Shown piece after piece: positions 48,437 to 57,481 of a stretch of DNA of 64,000 nt. The notes beneath the pieces were generated by a model. That model saw nothing but the letters and a program-made list of their open reading frames with translations, was not told the DNA's origin and ran no database searches. The stretch comes from Chloroflexota bacterium (GTDB taxonomy: Bacteria > Chloroflexota > UBA11872 > UBA12225 > JAJDUF01): the NCBI GenBank assembly GCA_965214295.1, contig OZ243944.1:821395-885394 (forward strand), in the 5' to 3' direction. A program made the position numbers and the translations under genes. Position 1 is the stretch's first letter. Every line of letters begins with the position of its first letter.

Positions 48437-48728
48437 ACTCCCTCCCCATCTCCCCTCAACTGTTGTCTCTTCCCGTCCGGCAAGCGTCTCCCCTCCGAGC
48501 GACCGGTGACTATAGCATGGGGGGTGTCCGGCAGGAGGTGGGCCGCGACTAGGCTCCCGTCATGGCGGCGGAAGCCGCCATCCAGGGCCATTCGTGGCCT
48601 CCTGGTCGACCTGGATTCCGGCCTGCGCCGGAACGATGAGGGGTGAGGCGCAACTCCCATCGAAAAACCTACCCCTGTCAGGGGTGAGGGAAGGGGCCGG
48701 GGGCTAGGTCGAAATCACCGGTCCGGAG

Positions 48729-49778
48729 TTAGGGCTGGGGAGCCAGTGCCACGTACTGTTCAGGGACGTAGCCGACCCTACCCTCCGGGTCCTGCACCTG
48801 TAGCCAGGCCTCGCCGCGCGTGCGCGGCGCTTCCGTGCCGTTCGCCTCGGCCGCCAGCACTTGGAACTTGGTACCTTCACCCCACGCTACCCACTTGCTC
48901 GACCAGTTCGGTTGGCGCCGCAGGTAGAGGCCCTGACCGTCAGTGTTGGCGACGACGACCCACCCTCCTACCGACACTGCGCTGGTAGCCGGCGTGGGGA
49001 CGACCGTCAAGGGTGGTTGCGTCTCGGCCCCCTCGCCGGTGCCGGCCTCCGCTCCGGTAACGGCCGGCTGTGCTTGCGCTGGCGCCTCGGCACCGCTGCG
49101 CTGCTGAAGCTCCATCACCAGGGCAGCCGTCACTAAGACCCCGATGACCGCGGCCACCACCAGCAAGGTCCGTGGTATGGCCCGGTGTAGCCAACGGACG
49201 CGCCTGAACGCCAGGAACGGCCCGCACAGCAGGAGATAGAACGACCACCACGAACCCAGCGCCGACTGGCGCGGACGGGTAGCGTTGGGCCGGCTATCGG
49301 ACAGGGCCGGAAGCACTTCCCCGGACCAGGACAGCGAATCTGCGCTCGCCCGGTGGCGCCGCAGCCGGCGGGACGCGGACCGGCCGGGGATCGCGCCGGC
49401 AATCGCCTCAGGGCCGGTCGGGCCATCACCAAGCACCATACCGGCCGCTTCCCACTCACCTAACGAGGTGATGTGCCATGCCAGGCCGCTCGGCCTAGCT
49501 CGCCTGGCAGGATCGGTCGCGGGCCAAAACTCCTCCAACGGAGGACAAGCTGCGGCGTAGTCGGGCCATGTGTCGCCAAACCCGGCGGCGGCCGGCCGGC
49601 CAGCGTCGAGTGCCGGCGGCCGGCGCTCGATATCCACATCTGCGGCGACCGGCCCATCCGGTGAGCTACTCGGGGGGTATGGCCACTGCCGGGGAAGTGT
49701 TGTTGCCACGGAGGGCCTCCTTACACCTGCCGAACGTCCGCAAGAGGGGATACGTGAGAGGAGAGCGCTTTCTGCCAC
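48729..49778 (-). CDS. membrane-anchored protein with C-terminal SH3b-like domain
   Basis: Cytoplasmic N-terminus, one TM (LLVVAAVIGVLVTAALVM), Ala/Pro linker, SH3b-like WVVVANTDGQGLYLRRQP...RVGYVPEQYV. Confidence 0.5.
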   Translation of the reverse strand: MAESALLSRIPSCGRSAGVRRPSVATTLPRQWPYPPSSSPDGPVAADVDIERRPPALDAGRPAAAGFGDTWPDYAAACPPLEEFWPATDPARRARPSGLAWHITSLGEWEAAGMVLGDGPTGPEAIAGAIPGRSASRRLRRHRASADSLSWSGEVLPALSDSRPNATRPRQSALGSWWSFYLLLCGPFLAFRRVRWLHRAIPRTLLVVAAVIGVLVTAALVMELQQRSGAEAPAQAQPAVTGAEAGTGEGAETQPPLTVVPTPATSAVSVGGWVVVANTDGQGLYLRRQPNWSSKWVAWGEGTKFQVLAAEANGTEAPRTRGEAWLQVQDPEGRVGYVPEQYVALAPQP

Positions 49779-49850
49779 CAGGACAGGGGTAATGGTTGGG
49801 GCGACCGGCCAATCGCCCCAGCGGGCTGCAAGCGATGCACAGCGTTCGGT

Positions 49851-51485
49851 CTAGCCGGCCGGCTCGACGTAGCGGGCGGGTACGAAGCCTTCCCGCCCGA
49901 CCGGATCACGCACCGGCACCCACACCTCGCTGCGACCCGGCTGCGACCCGGTTCCCGTTACCTCCGGGCCGCGCACCTGAAGCTGCGTGCCTTCCAGCCA
50001 GGCCACCCAGCCGTGATGCTCCCACGCCCCTTGCTCCTTGGTCTCTCCCGCCGCGGCCGGCCACCGTGCTGCCCACTCCGGACGGGGGCGCAAGAACACG
50101 CCGCTGCCGTTGGTCCCGGCCACGACAACGTACTGCGCGGTTGCCTGTCCGGTGTCGCTAGCCGACGGTGCCGCGGTCGGAACGGCAAGCGCCGCCGCCT
50201 CGACACGCTGGAGATACCGTGCGGGTAGGTAGCCTTCCCGCCCGACCGGATCCCGCACCGGCACCCACGCCTCACTACTGCCCGGCTGCGACCCGGTTCC
50301 CGTTACCTCCGGACCGCGTAGCTGGAGCAGCGTGCCCTCCCGCCAAGCGATATTGCCGTGATGCGGATAGGCCCCCTCGCGTTGAGTAGCACCCGGCTCC
50401 GCGCGCCACCGCGCGGTCCACACCGGCTCCGGGCGCAGGAAGACACCCGTCCCACCGGAGTTGACAACGACTACCCACTCAATGGCCGGGGCCTCGCCCG
50501 CTACCGGACTGGCTGCCGGCTGGGCCACCGGGGCCGGTGTGGGGATCACCGTCGGTAGAACGGCCGGGGTCGCTACCGTCGTCTCCGCCACAGCGGTCGG
50601 TGCCGGTTGCACCGCAATCTCCGTTGCCGGTCGAGTGACAGTCTCCACTACCGGCGCCTGGGCCGCAGCCGGGGGCACTACGACCGCCGTTGCAGCCGGC
50701 GCTTGCGCCTGTCGTTGAGTCGGCGCGTCCGTTCGCGGTTGCGCCGTAGTATTCACGGCCGGCGCCTGGGCCGCAGCCGGGGATGCTCCCGCGGTTGTGG
50801 CTGGCGCTTGCATCTGTTGTTGGGCCGGAGGTACGACGACTTGACCTACACCGGATTCTGTCACCGGACTGCGGAAAAACAACCCACCGTTGACCACCAG
50901 CAGCACGGCAACGACCACAATGCCTGCCAAGACGCCGACGGCCAGCAAATAGCGCAACGCCGCCATACGGCGCCTAAAGCCCCAGACCGGAACTCGCGAC
51001 GGCAAGAGCACACGGGCTATTGCCGCGAAGACCAATCCCACCAGCAGAAACGGCCCCACTGCCACCATGTACAGCAGCCAACGCCAGTCCATTCGTTGGC
51101 GCGAGCTATGCCCACTACCACGCCCGGCGCCATCGGCGATCCAGCGTGCGAGTTCTTCGTCGGAGTACCACTGCCTGCCCGCGTCAGCGCCGCTGCCCGG
51201 CATCGCGGCCGGCCGAAGGGGTGTATCTACGCTCGATGCTTCATCTCCACTGGCGCCGCTCCCCTCGCCTGCCGCGGGCGAGGGCGCTTCCACGAAAGCA
51301 CCCAGCAACATGCTGTCGCGCAGCTCGGTAGCCCCACCCTCCGTATCGTCCGGTGCAGCATCCGGCGCATCGGCCGGCGGAGCTTGCACGTCCTTCTTCG
51401 GCACATGACCGTTGGATCGATCCCGTGGTTCAGCAGCAACCATGTTTCCGGCACTCCTTAGAATGTGCCCTCCGTTACCGAGCAA
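49851..51485 (-). CDS. membrane-anchored protein with two tandem SH3b-like domains
   Basis: TM (FLLVGLVFAAIARVLL), Ala/Pro/Thr-rich linker, two about 95-aa repeats (…GVFLRP.P.W.ARW…VRDPVGREG(Y/F)(L/V)PARY). The DNA copies are 49866-50160 and 50200-50490. Confidence 0.55.
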   Translation of the reverse strand: MLGNGGHILRSAGNMVAAEPRDRSNGHVPKKDVQAPPADAPDAAPDDTEGGATELRDSMLLGAFVEAPSPAAGEGSGASGDEASSVDTPLRPAAMPGSGADAGRQWYSDEELARWIADGAGRGSGHSSRQRMDWRWLLYMVAVGPFLLVGLVFAAIARVLLPSRVPVWGFRRRMAALRYLLAVGVLAGIVVVAVLLVVNGGLFFRSPVTESGVGQVVVPPAQQQMQAPATTAGASPAAAQAPAVNTTAQPRTDAPTQRQAQAPAATAVVVPPAAAQAPVVETVTRPATEIAVQPAPTAVAETTVATPAVLPTVIPTPAPVAQPAASPVAGEAPAIEWVVVVNSGGTGVFLRPEPVWTARWRAEPGATQREGAYPHHGNIAWREGTLLQLRGPEVTGTGSQPGSSEAWVPVRDPVGREGYLPARYLQRVEAAALAVPTAAPSASDTGQATAQYVVVAGTNGSGVFLRPRPEWAARWPAAAGETKEQGAWEHHGWVAWLEGTQLQVRGPEVTGTGSQPGRSEVWVPVRDPVGREGFVPARYVEPAG

Positions 51486-51698
51486 GACACCGTTGGACGG
51501 TGATGTCTTGCGGGATTAACGGGTTGCCGGAATACGGAGTAGCGGCCGCAGCAACGGTGACACGCCAGCTTGCATCCGCTGGGGATATAGGCTAGGCATG
51601 CGCTTGCGGTCTTGATGCCCCATAAGACACAGACACCACATCTGCCATCTACTGATGTATGATATGATTGCCACGGCGTCAGGCACTGGAGGGCTGAT

Positions 51699-51896
51699 GT
51701 GAAAACCACCATGAACATAGATGACCAGCTGGTGGAAGAGGCCCAGCGACTCACCGGCATTGGCCCAAAAACCGCTCTGGTGAGAGAAAGCCTACGCGCT
51801 TTGATCGAACGGGAGAGCGCCCGAAGACTGGCACGTCTCGGTGGGAGTGAGCCACAGTTGCAGTCCACTCCACGCCGCAAGATTGAGCCGGCATGA
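51699..51896 (+). CDS. vapB: type II antitoxin VapB (RHH/COG4423-like)
   Basis: MKTTMNIDDQLVEEAQRLTG N-terminus typical of VapB antitoxins; overlaps the vapC start by 4 nt. Confidence 0.75.
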   Translation: MKTTMNIDDQLVEEAQRLTGIGPKTALVRESLRALIERESARRLARLGGSEPQLQSTPRRKIEPA

Positions 51897-52271
51897 TCCT
51901 GGTCGACACTTCCGTCTGGATCAATCACCTGCGCGCCGCAGAGCCACGCCTCGTGTCCCTGTTGAACGACAACCGGGTACTGGTCCACCCGATGGTGATT
52001 GGTGAACTGGCTTGTGGCAACCTGCACAATCGGGGCGAAGTGCTGAAGCTCCTCAGCAGGTTAGCTGAGATATCCGTAGCCGCTGATGACGAGGTGCTCT
52101 TTTCCATATGAACGGCACCGACTGATGGGCCGCGGCATTGGGTACATTGATGTCCACCTGCTGGCAGCTACGGCGCTCGCCGGCCCCGCCCTACTTTGGA
52201 CGAGTGATCGCCAGCTCATGACCGTGGCGACAGACTTGCGCCTTGCCTACGAATTGCCTCGTTCACAATAG
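51893..52271 (+). pseudogene. vapC: vapC PIN-domain toxin with +1 frameshift near codon 72
   Basis: MILVDTSVWINHLR...VHPMVIGELACGNL...DEVLFSI* then the frame shifts to ...ERHRLMGRGIGYIDVHLLAATALAGPALLWTSDRQL. Removing a single base at about 52104 would restore a contiguous PIN domain. Confidence 0.65.
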
Positions 52272-52307
52272 CCGTCGCGGTCGCTGCCGCTACAATGGGG
52301 AAAACCG

Positions 52308-53402
52308 ATGTCCAGGGCACGTTGGCAAGGAGTCAACCTCGCCGGCTGGCTGTCGCAATCTCCGCTTGCACCCGCGCATATCGCTTCCTTCGTGAGCGAA
52401 GCCGACATCCGGCGGATCGCCACGTGGCAGTTCAACCACGTGCGCGTCCCCGTTGCAGCACAGTTCCTGTGGGACGCGGAGCGGGTGGCGCTGCACGAGC
52501 CTGGCGTGGCGGCGGTGGATCGGCTTGTGGATTGGTGTGCGCGGGCCGGTTTGCAGTGCTTCATTGCGCTGCACCTCAGCGGTAATACGGACCCGGATCC
52601 CCTCAGCGCACTACACCGGGAGGACGACCGGCAACAGCTCACCGCGCTCTGGGGCGCGGTCGCCGACCGTTACGCCAGCCGACCGGGGAGCCACCTGGCG
52701 TATGACTTGGTTCACCGGCCGACCGGGATCACCGCAGCTTCCTGGAACCGGACTGCCCGCTCTATCACGGAGGCCATCCGCGCGGTGGACACCCGGCACA
52801 CCCTCGTAGTCAGCGGGGCGGATGGCGGGCGTCCCGCCGGGTTTGACTCCTTGCGCCCAACACGCGACCCCAACACCGTGTACGCCTGTCACTTCTACGA
52901 GCCGGTGCTTTTCACCCACCAACAGCTAGCGACCACAGTGATGACACCAGACGCGCCCCATCATCGTGCGCGTCTGGCGCGTCAGGAGCACGGCGACGCC
53001 TATCGTGAGGCCGTGCCCTACCCCGGCAGCGCCCCGACGCCGGCGGCGTACCCGGAAGGTGCCATTGGCGAGTATCTGCGCGCCGAGGTGGGCCGGCGCT
53101 GGGACCGCGACGTGCTGGCGGCGGCGCTCGATCCGATCCTGGCGTTTCAAGAGATCTACGACCGGCCAATCTATGTCGCATCCTTTGGGGCCTCGTGTCG
53201 AGCGTCGCGGCGCAGCCGGCTGACGTGGCTGCGCTCCGTGCTGACGCTCTTCAAGGCGCACGACCTCAGCTGGTCATACTGGACCTACAAGGGGCTGGGG
53301 TTCGGCCTCATGGACCCCTGGGACGACCTCAGCGCGGCGACGGCCGACGATCCGACCGCCGGCTTGGACTACGACCGCCTCGCCCTCTTGCAGAGCACGT
53401 AG
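52308..53402 (+). CDS. glycoside hydrolase family 5-like protein lacking both catalytic glutamates
   Basis: GVNLAGWL start and TIM-barrel GH5 layout. However, the NEP acid/base motif reads HRP (LAYDLVHRP) and the nucleophile GEFG reads ASFG (PIYVASFGAS). Confidence 0.6.
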   Translation: MSRARWQGVNLAGWLSQSPLAPAHIASFVSEADIRRIATWQFNHVRVPVAAQFLWDAERVALHEPGVAAVDRLVDWCARAGLQCFIALHLSGNTDPDPLSALHREDDRQQLTALWGAVADRYASRPGSHLAYDLVHRPTGITAASWNRTARSITEAIRAVDTRHTLVVSGADGGRPAGFDSLRPTRDPNTVYACHFYEPVLFTHQQLATTVMTPDAPHHRARLARQEHGDAYREAVPYPGSAPTPAAYPEGAIGEYLRAEVGRRWDRDVLAAALDPILAFQEIYDRPIYVASFGASCRASRRSRLTWLRSVLTLFKAHDLSWSYWTYKGLGFGLMDPWDDLSAATADDPTAGLDYDRLALLQST

Positions 53403-53442
53403 CCGCGCCCAGGACGGCGGACCGAGGGTGAGGCGGTCGCGC

Positions 53443-55392
53443 TTACGAGCCGGTTGGAGCCTGCGCTGGACTTGATCCAGGGATGGTCAGGCGGCGGTAG
53501 AGCCGCAGCGCCACCTGCCAGGCGCGATAGAGCCGGGGATGAGGCACACAATCGTAGGCGCCCAGCCAGCGCACATAGCGTCCGCCAAACCCCTGCTTGA
53601 ACCGATATACCCCCCACAGCGGGTCATCTTCCCGTAGCTCGCTCGGTGCGCCCCACATATCGTAGGTATCGCAGCCATGCTCGCGTGCCCACTGCATCGC
53701 TCGCCACTGCAACAAGTGATTCGGCTGGTCGCGGCGATGGCGTGCGCCGGAAGCGCCATAGAGAAACCAGGCCCGGCGACCGTAACGACACACAACCAGG
53801 CCGGCCACCGTCTCGCCGGCCACGTCCGCCAAGAGCAGCACCGCTCCCTGCTCCTGGCGCAATGGCGGGCCAAAGCTGCCGGTACCGGCCCTGCTCGGAG
53901 GCAGCTTTGGCCCGCCAAGATGCTCCCACAGAACCCGGTAGTAGTCCAGTGGCCGGATGACAAAGTGATCGCGGGCGGCCGTTTCCTCATACAGGCGGTA
54001 AAAGGTCGCTAGATCGCCCGTGCCCCCCTCGCGGACCTGCACTCCACGTCGCTGCGCCAGCCGCACGTTGTAGCGCCATTTCGAGTGCATCCGCGCCAGC
54101 AGCTCATCATCGCTGCCACGCAGGTCCACGAGCATGGTTGCCGGGAGCTGCACTTGCTCCTCGGCAGGAAGGAACCCGGCAGCCTCTAGCTCGCGGGCTA
54201 CGACTCCGTTGTCCACCTCAACGTCGGGATCGAGCTTGAGCCACAGCACGCGATAGTCCCGCGCCCAGGCCACGAGCGCCCGCGCCACGTCGACCACATT
54301 CTGATCGTTCCACTCGGCCAGGACAGGGCCTTTCGGGACGTAGCCAATGCCGAGTCCCCGCACCGGCAAAGGGCGGCGTAGGACCAAGGCGGTCCCTACC
54401 AAGCGCCCGGCACGACGAAACGCCAGCCGATGCGGCGTCCAGCCCAGTTGCTCGCGGGCCGCCCCCCACGCCGCCGACTGTAGCAGGTGCGCGCCGGGCA
54501 GACTGCGGACCAGGTCGTCCCACTCGTGCGCGGGGACCGTCTCGGTCACCAAGTCCGCCTGCTGCTGCGGATGTGCCACCTGTGTTCCCGTGTGGAGGGC
54601 GATGGTGCCGAGCGCGAGCGGGCGGGCGGTGACTTGGGCAAAGCCGGCCGCCTGGAAGCGGTGTTGGAGTTGGCGACGGCTGAGAAACGCTTGCACCGAG
54701 GTCGGTAAGTAGCGGTAGGCTGCCCCATAACCGGCTACCGACGCACCCACGAGCGGCACGATGTGCCGGAAATAGTACCGGAAGAGCGTCCGAAAGACGG
54801 GCAATGTCGGCGAGGTAATCTCCAGCGAAGCCAGCCGCCCTCCGGGACGCAAGACGCGCTGGAACTCGGCCAACGCCCCGTCCAAGTCGGCCAGGTTCCG
54901 TACCGTAAAGGCGGTGACGAGAGCATCGAACGCATCGGCGCGCAACGGAAGGGCCAGCGCGTCTGCTTGCACGGGGAGCACGACCGCCGCCGGTCGGCCA
55001 TCCCGGCCCGCCGCTCGTCGTTGCAGCTTGGTACGCGCTACGCCGAGCATCTCCGCAGCAAAGTCGAGCGCCACGATCCGGCCGCCGTCCGGCATGGCGT
55101 CGGCCACTGCCAGGCTGAGATCGCCGGTCCCGGCGCCCACGTCGAGCACCGTCCGGGTTTCCGGATCAATAACCGCCGCCGCTGCGATCTTGCGCCAAGC
55201 AGCGTCGCGCCCCAGTGTCATCAACCGGTTCATCAGGTCATACCGCTGGGCGATAGCGTCAAACAGTGTACGCACGTACTGCGCCCGCGCCTGTCCGGTT
55301 GGGAGGTCGTCGGCCAAAGCCGCACCACACCTGGCACCATCCGTGCGGCTTTGGCCGACGTCGGCCGGCATGGACTGCCGTTCAGGTTGCAT
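53443..55392 (-). CDS. fusion protein: demethylmenaquinone/ubiquinone methyltransferase (MenG/UbiE) N-terminal domain + FemAB-family peptidyltransferase C-terminal domain
   Basis: YVRTLFDAIAQRYDLMN, LDVGAGTGD, RPGGRLASLE (UbiE/MenG) followed without a stop by FemAB motifs (WRYNVRLAQRRG, AWFLYGASG, WGVYRFKQGFGG). The N-terminal region contains the palindromic element 55309-55359. Confidence 0.75.
   Translation of the reverse strand: MQPERQSMPADVGQSRTDGARCGAALADDLPTGQARAQYVRTLFDAIAQRYDLMNRLMTLGRDAAWRKIAAAAVIDPETRTVLDVGAGTGDLSLAVADAMPDGGRIVALDFAAEMLGVARTKLQRRAAGRDGRPAAVVLPVQADALALPLRADAFDALVTAFTVRNLADLDGALAEFQRVLRPGGRLASLEITSPTLPVFRTLFRYYFRHIVPLVGASVAGYGAAYRYLPTSVQAFLSRRQLQHRFQAAGFAQVTARPLALGTIALHTGTQVAHPQQQADLVTETVPAHEWDDLVRSLPGAHLLQSAAWGAAREQLGWTPHRLAFRRAGRLVGTALVLRRPLPVRGLGIGYVPKGPVLAEWNDQNVVDVARALVAWARDYRVLWLKLDPDVEVDNGVVARELEAAGFLPAEEQVQLPATMLVDLRGSDDELLARMHSKWRYNVRLAQRRGVQVREGGTGDLATFYRLYEETAARDHFVIRPLDYYRVLWEHLGGPKLPPSRAGTGSFGPPLRQEQGAVLLLADVAGETVAGLVVCRYGRRAWFLYGASGARHRRDQPNHLLQWRAMQWAREHGCDTYDMWGAPSELREDDPLWGVYRFKQGFGGRYVRWLGAYDCVPHPRLYRAWQVALRLYRRLTIPGSSPAQAPTGS
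55309..55359. repeat. 51-bp palindromic element at the 5' end of the MenG-FemAB gene
   Basis: gtcggccaaagccgcac-cacacctggcaccatcc-gtgcggctttggccgac; it encodes ...GQSRTDGARCGAALADD... if the gene starts at ATG 55392/55371. Confidence 0.75.
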
Positions 55393-55456
55393 CGCGCACG
55401 TGCCCCTCTCGAAGCGCGGTAGACAGTAGCCGTGCCACCGGCGGCACTTGACGACA

Positions 55457-55510
55457 CCAGGTCTGCACCACTATAGCCGTCATCGGATTGTGCAGACCTG
55501 GCACGTCATT
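55457..55510. terminator. inverted-repeat hairpin ccaggtctgcac-N20-gtgcagacctgg + cacgtcatt (copy of 31874-31927)
   Basis: Located between the polyprenyl synthase stop (55509-55511) and the MenG start. Confidence 0.45.
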
Positions 55511-56585
55511 AGGACTGTCTGCTGAGGGCGTAGCGCACCAGCTCGGCCAGCGCCGCCCCCTGTGGGCTATCCGGCAGCCCCTCCAGACAGCGCGTGGCCG
55601 CGGCGCCAAACCGGAAGGCGACCGCGCGGGCGCGGCCAACGGCCGCGGACTCCCGTATCTCCGCCACAAACTGCCGGACGCGGCGCTCGTCCGTCGGCGT
55701 GCCGTCGGCCATCAGGATGTCCACGAGGGGATGCTGCGGTTGCGCCTCGAGGAAGTAGATGATCGGCAGCGTCATCGTGCCCTGGAGCAGGTCACTACCC
55801 ACCGGCTTCCCGAGCACTTCCTCGGTGCTCGTCAAGTCCAAAATATCGTCAATAATCTGGAAGGCCACGCCCAACTCCAGGCCATACTGCCGCATGCGGG
55901 AGACCACCACCTCGTCGGCTCCGTCCAGCATCGCGCCCGTCTGGCAGCACATTGCCAGCAACGAGGCTGTCTTGCTGCGTACCTTGGCCAAGTAGGTGTC
56001 CTCCAAGCGGCGTAGCTGCCCCGTGACCCCGGACGCACGGCCGGAAGCAGGATCACCGTTGAGGCTCAAGGGCAGCATCTCCCCCTGGCACAGCTCCATC
56101 ACAGCCCACGCGAAGACGCCCATAATCGCTGGGCTATCCAGGCTCGCCACGAACTCCGCAGCCTTGGCGAACAGATAATCGCCGGTCAACACGGCCAACG
56201 AGTTCTCAAAGACCGTATTGACTGTGGCCCGGCCCCGGCGGGCCGCACTCTCGTCGAGAATATCATCATGCACGAGGGTCGCCGTATGCAGCAGCTCTGC
56301 CGCTACGGCCAGGCGCTCGCGCCGGTCCAACGGCGTGCCGTTGAAGCCGGAGGCGAGCAGGACCAGCGCGGGACGTAGGCGCTTGCCCCCAGGACCGAGG
56401 ATCAGCCGCAGTGTCTGACCCAAGATCGGATGGTCAACGTCCGAGACGGCGTTGAGACGTCCCTCGACACCATCAAGCTCCGACAACACCGAGCCGAAGG
56501 GCGTGGAGGCAGCCGGCGGCCCGCCAGAGTTGAACGACGGTGGCAGGAGTGGTGCGGCTCTGGCGTCGTCAACGTCAGTAGTCAC
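55509..56585 (-). CDS. polyprenyl diphosphate synthase (hepta/octaprenyl-type, trans-IPPS)
   Basis: First and second DDxxD motifs (LVHDDILDES, FQIIDDILD). A GTG start at 56585 overlaps the TatD stop in a GTGA arrangement. Confidence 0.85.
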   Translation of the reverse strand: MTTDVDDARAAPLLPPSFNSGGPPAASTPFGSVLSELDGVEGRLNAVSDVDHPILGQTLRLILGPGGKRLRPALVLLASGFNGTPLDRRERLAVAAELLHTATLVHDDILDESAARRGRATVNTVFENSLAVLTGDYLFAKAAEFVASLDSPAIMGVFAWAVMELCQGEMLPLSLNGDPASGRASGVTGQLRRLEDTYLAKVRSKTASLLAMCCQTGAMLDGADEVVVSRMRQYGLELGVAFQIIDDILDLTSTEEVLGKPVGSDLLQGTMTLPIIYFLEAQPQHPLVDILMADGTPTDERRVRQFVAEIRESAAVGRARAVAFRFGAAATRCLEGLPDSPQGAALAELVRYALSRQS

Positions 56586-57376
56586 GCCGTTGTCCTCTGA
56601 CCCGTGTGTCCGGCACTGCCGAACAAGCGCTCGGCGTTCGCGGTCACGAGGGCTGCACACGCCGCCGTGGTCATGCCCCGCACGGTTGCCAGGGTCTCGA
56701 CCGTCGCCGGCAGGTACGCCGGCTCGTTACGCCGGCCCCGCCACGGCTGCGGGGGCAAGTACGGACAATCCGTCTCGACCAGCAGCCGCTCGGCCGGCAC
56801 TACGGCCGCCGCCGCCCGCAGCGTATCGGCGCGGCGATAGGTCAGCGGCCCGGCAAACGAGAGCAGCAATCCGGCAGCTACCGCCCGCTCTACGTCGCTC
56901 GACTCCCCGGCAAACGCATGCAGCACGCCACCAGCCCTCAGCCGGCGCTCTTCAACCGCCGTCAGCGCATCCGCAATCGCCGCGCGACTATGGATGATGA
57001 CTGGCAAGTCCAAGTTCTCGGCGAGATCGAGCATCGCTGCAAAGGCTTCTTGCTGTCGCGCCCGCGGCGCCAAGTCACGGTAGTAGTCTAGCCCGGTTTC
57101 GCCAATAGCGACCACGCCCGGCTCGGCAGCCAAATCTCGAATGGCCGCAACGCCGGCCGCGTCCGCTTGCTCGGCGTCGTGAGGGTGAATACCGACGGCT
57201 GCGTGCAACCGCCCCGGATAGCGCTGGGCGAGGGCCACCGCCCGGCGACTCGAAGCGAGATTATAGCCCACGACCACCAGCTGCGACACCGTTTTCGACT
57301 GCGCGCGCGCCAGTACCCGGCCCAGATCGTGAGCGAAAGCCGGGGCATTGAGATGCGCGTGTGTATCGAAGAGCAT
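56582..57376 (-). CDS. tatD: TatD-family metal-dependent hydrolase/DNase
   Basis: MLFDTHAHLN start and conserved His/Asp/Glu metal ligands. Confidence 0.88.
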   Translation of the reverse strand: MLFDTHAHLNAPAFAHDLGRVLARAQSKTVSQLVVVGYNLASSRRAVALAQRYPGRLHAAVGIHPHDAEQADAAGVAAIRDLAAEPGVVAIGETGLDYYRDLAPRARQQEAFAAMLDLAENLDLPVIIHSRAAIADALTAVEERRLRAGGVLHAFAGESSDVERAVAAGLLLSFAGPLTYRRADTLRAAAAVVPAERLLVETDCPYLPPQPWRGRRNEPAYLPATVETLATVRGMTTAACAALVTANAERLFGSAGHTGQRTTA

Positions 57377-57481
57377 CAGGAGCGATGATAGCAGAGGGTG
57401 CCGGCGCAGGAGAGAACCGGGTTAGCCACAGCGTAGAGAGCTACAACACGCTGCGTCCGTCCCTCGCGCCGCTCCCACTCG

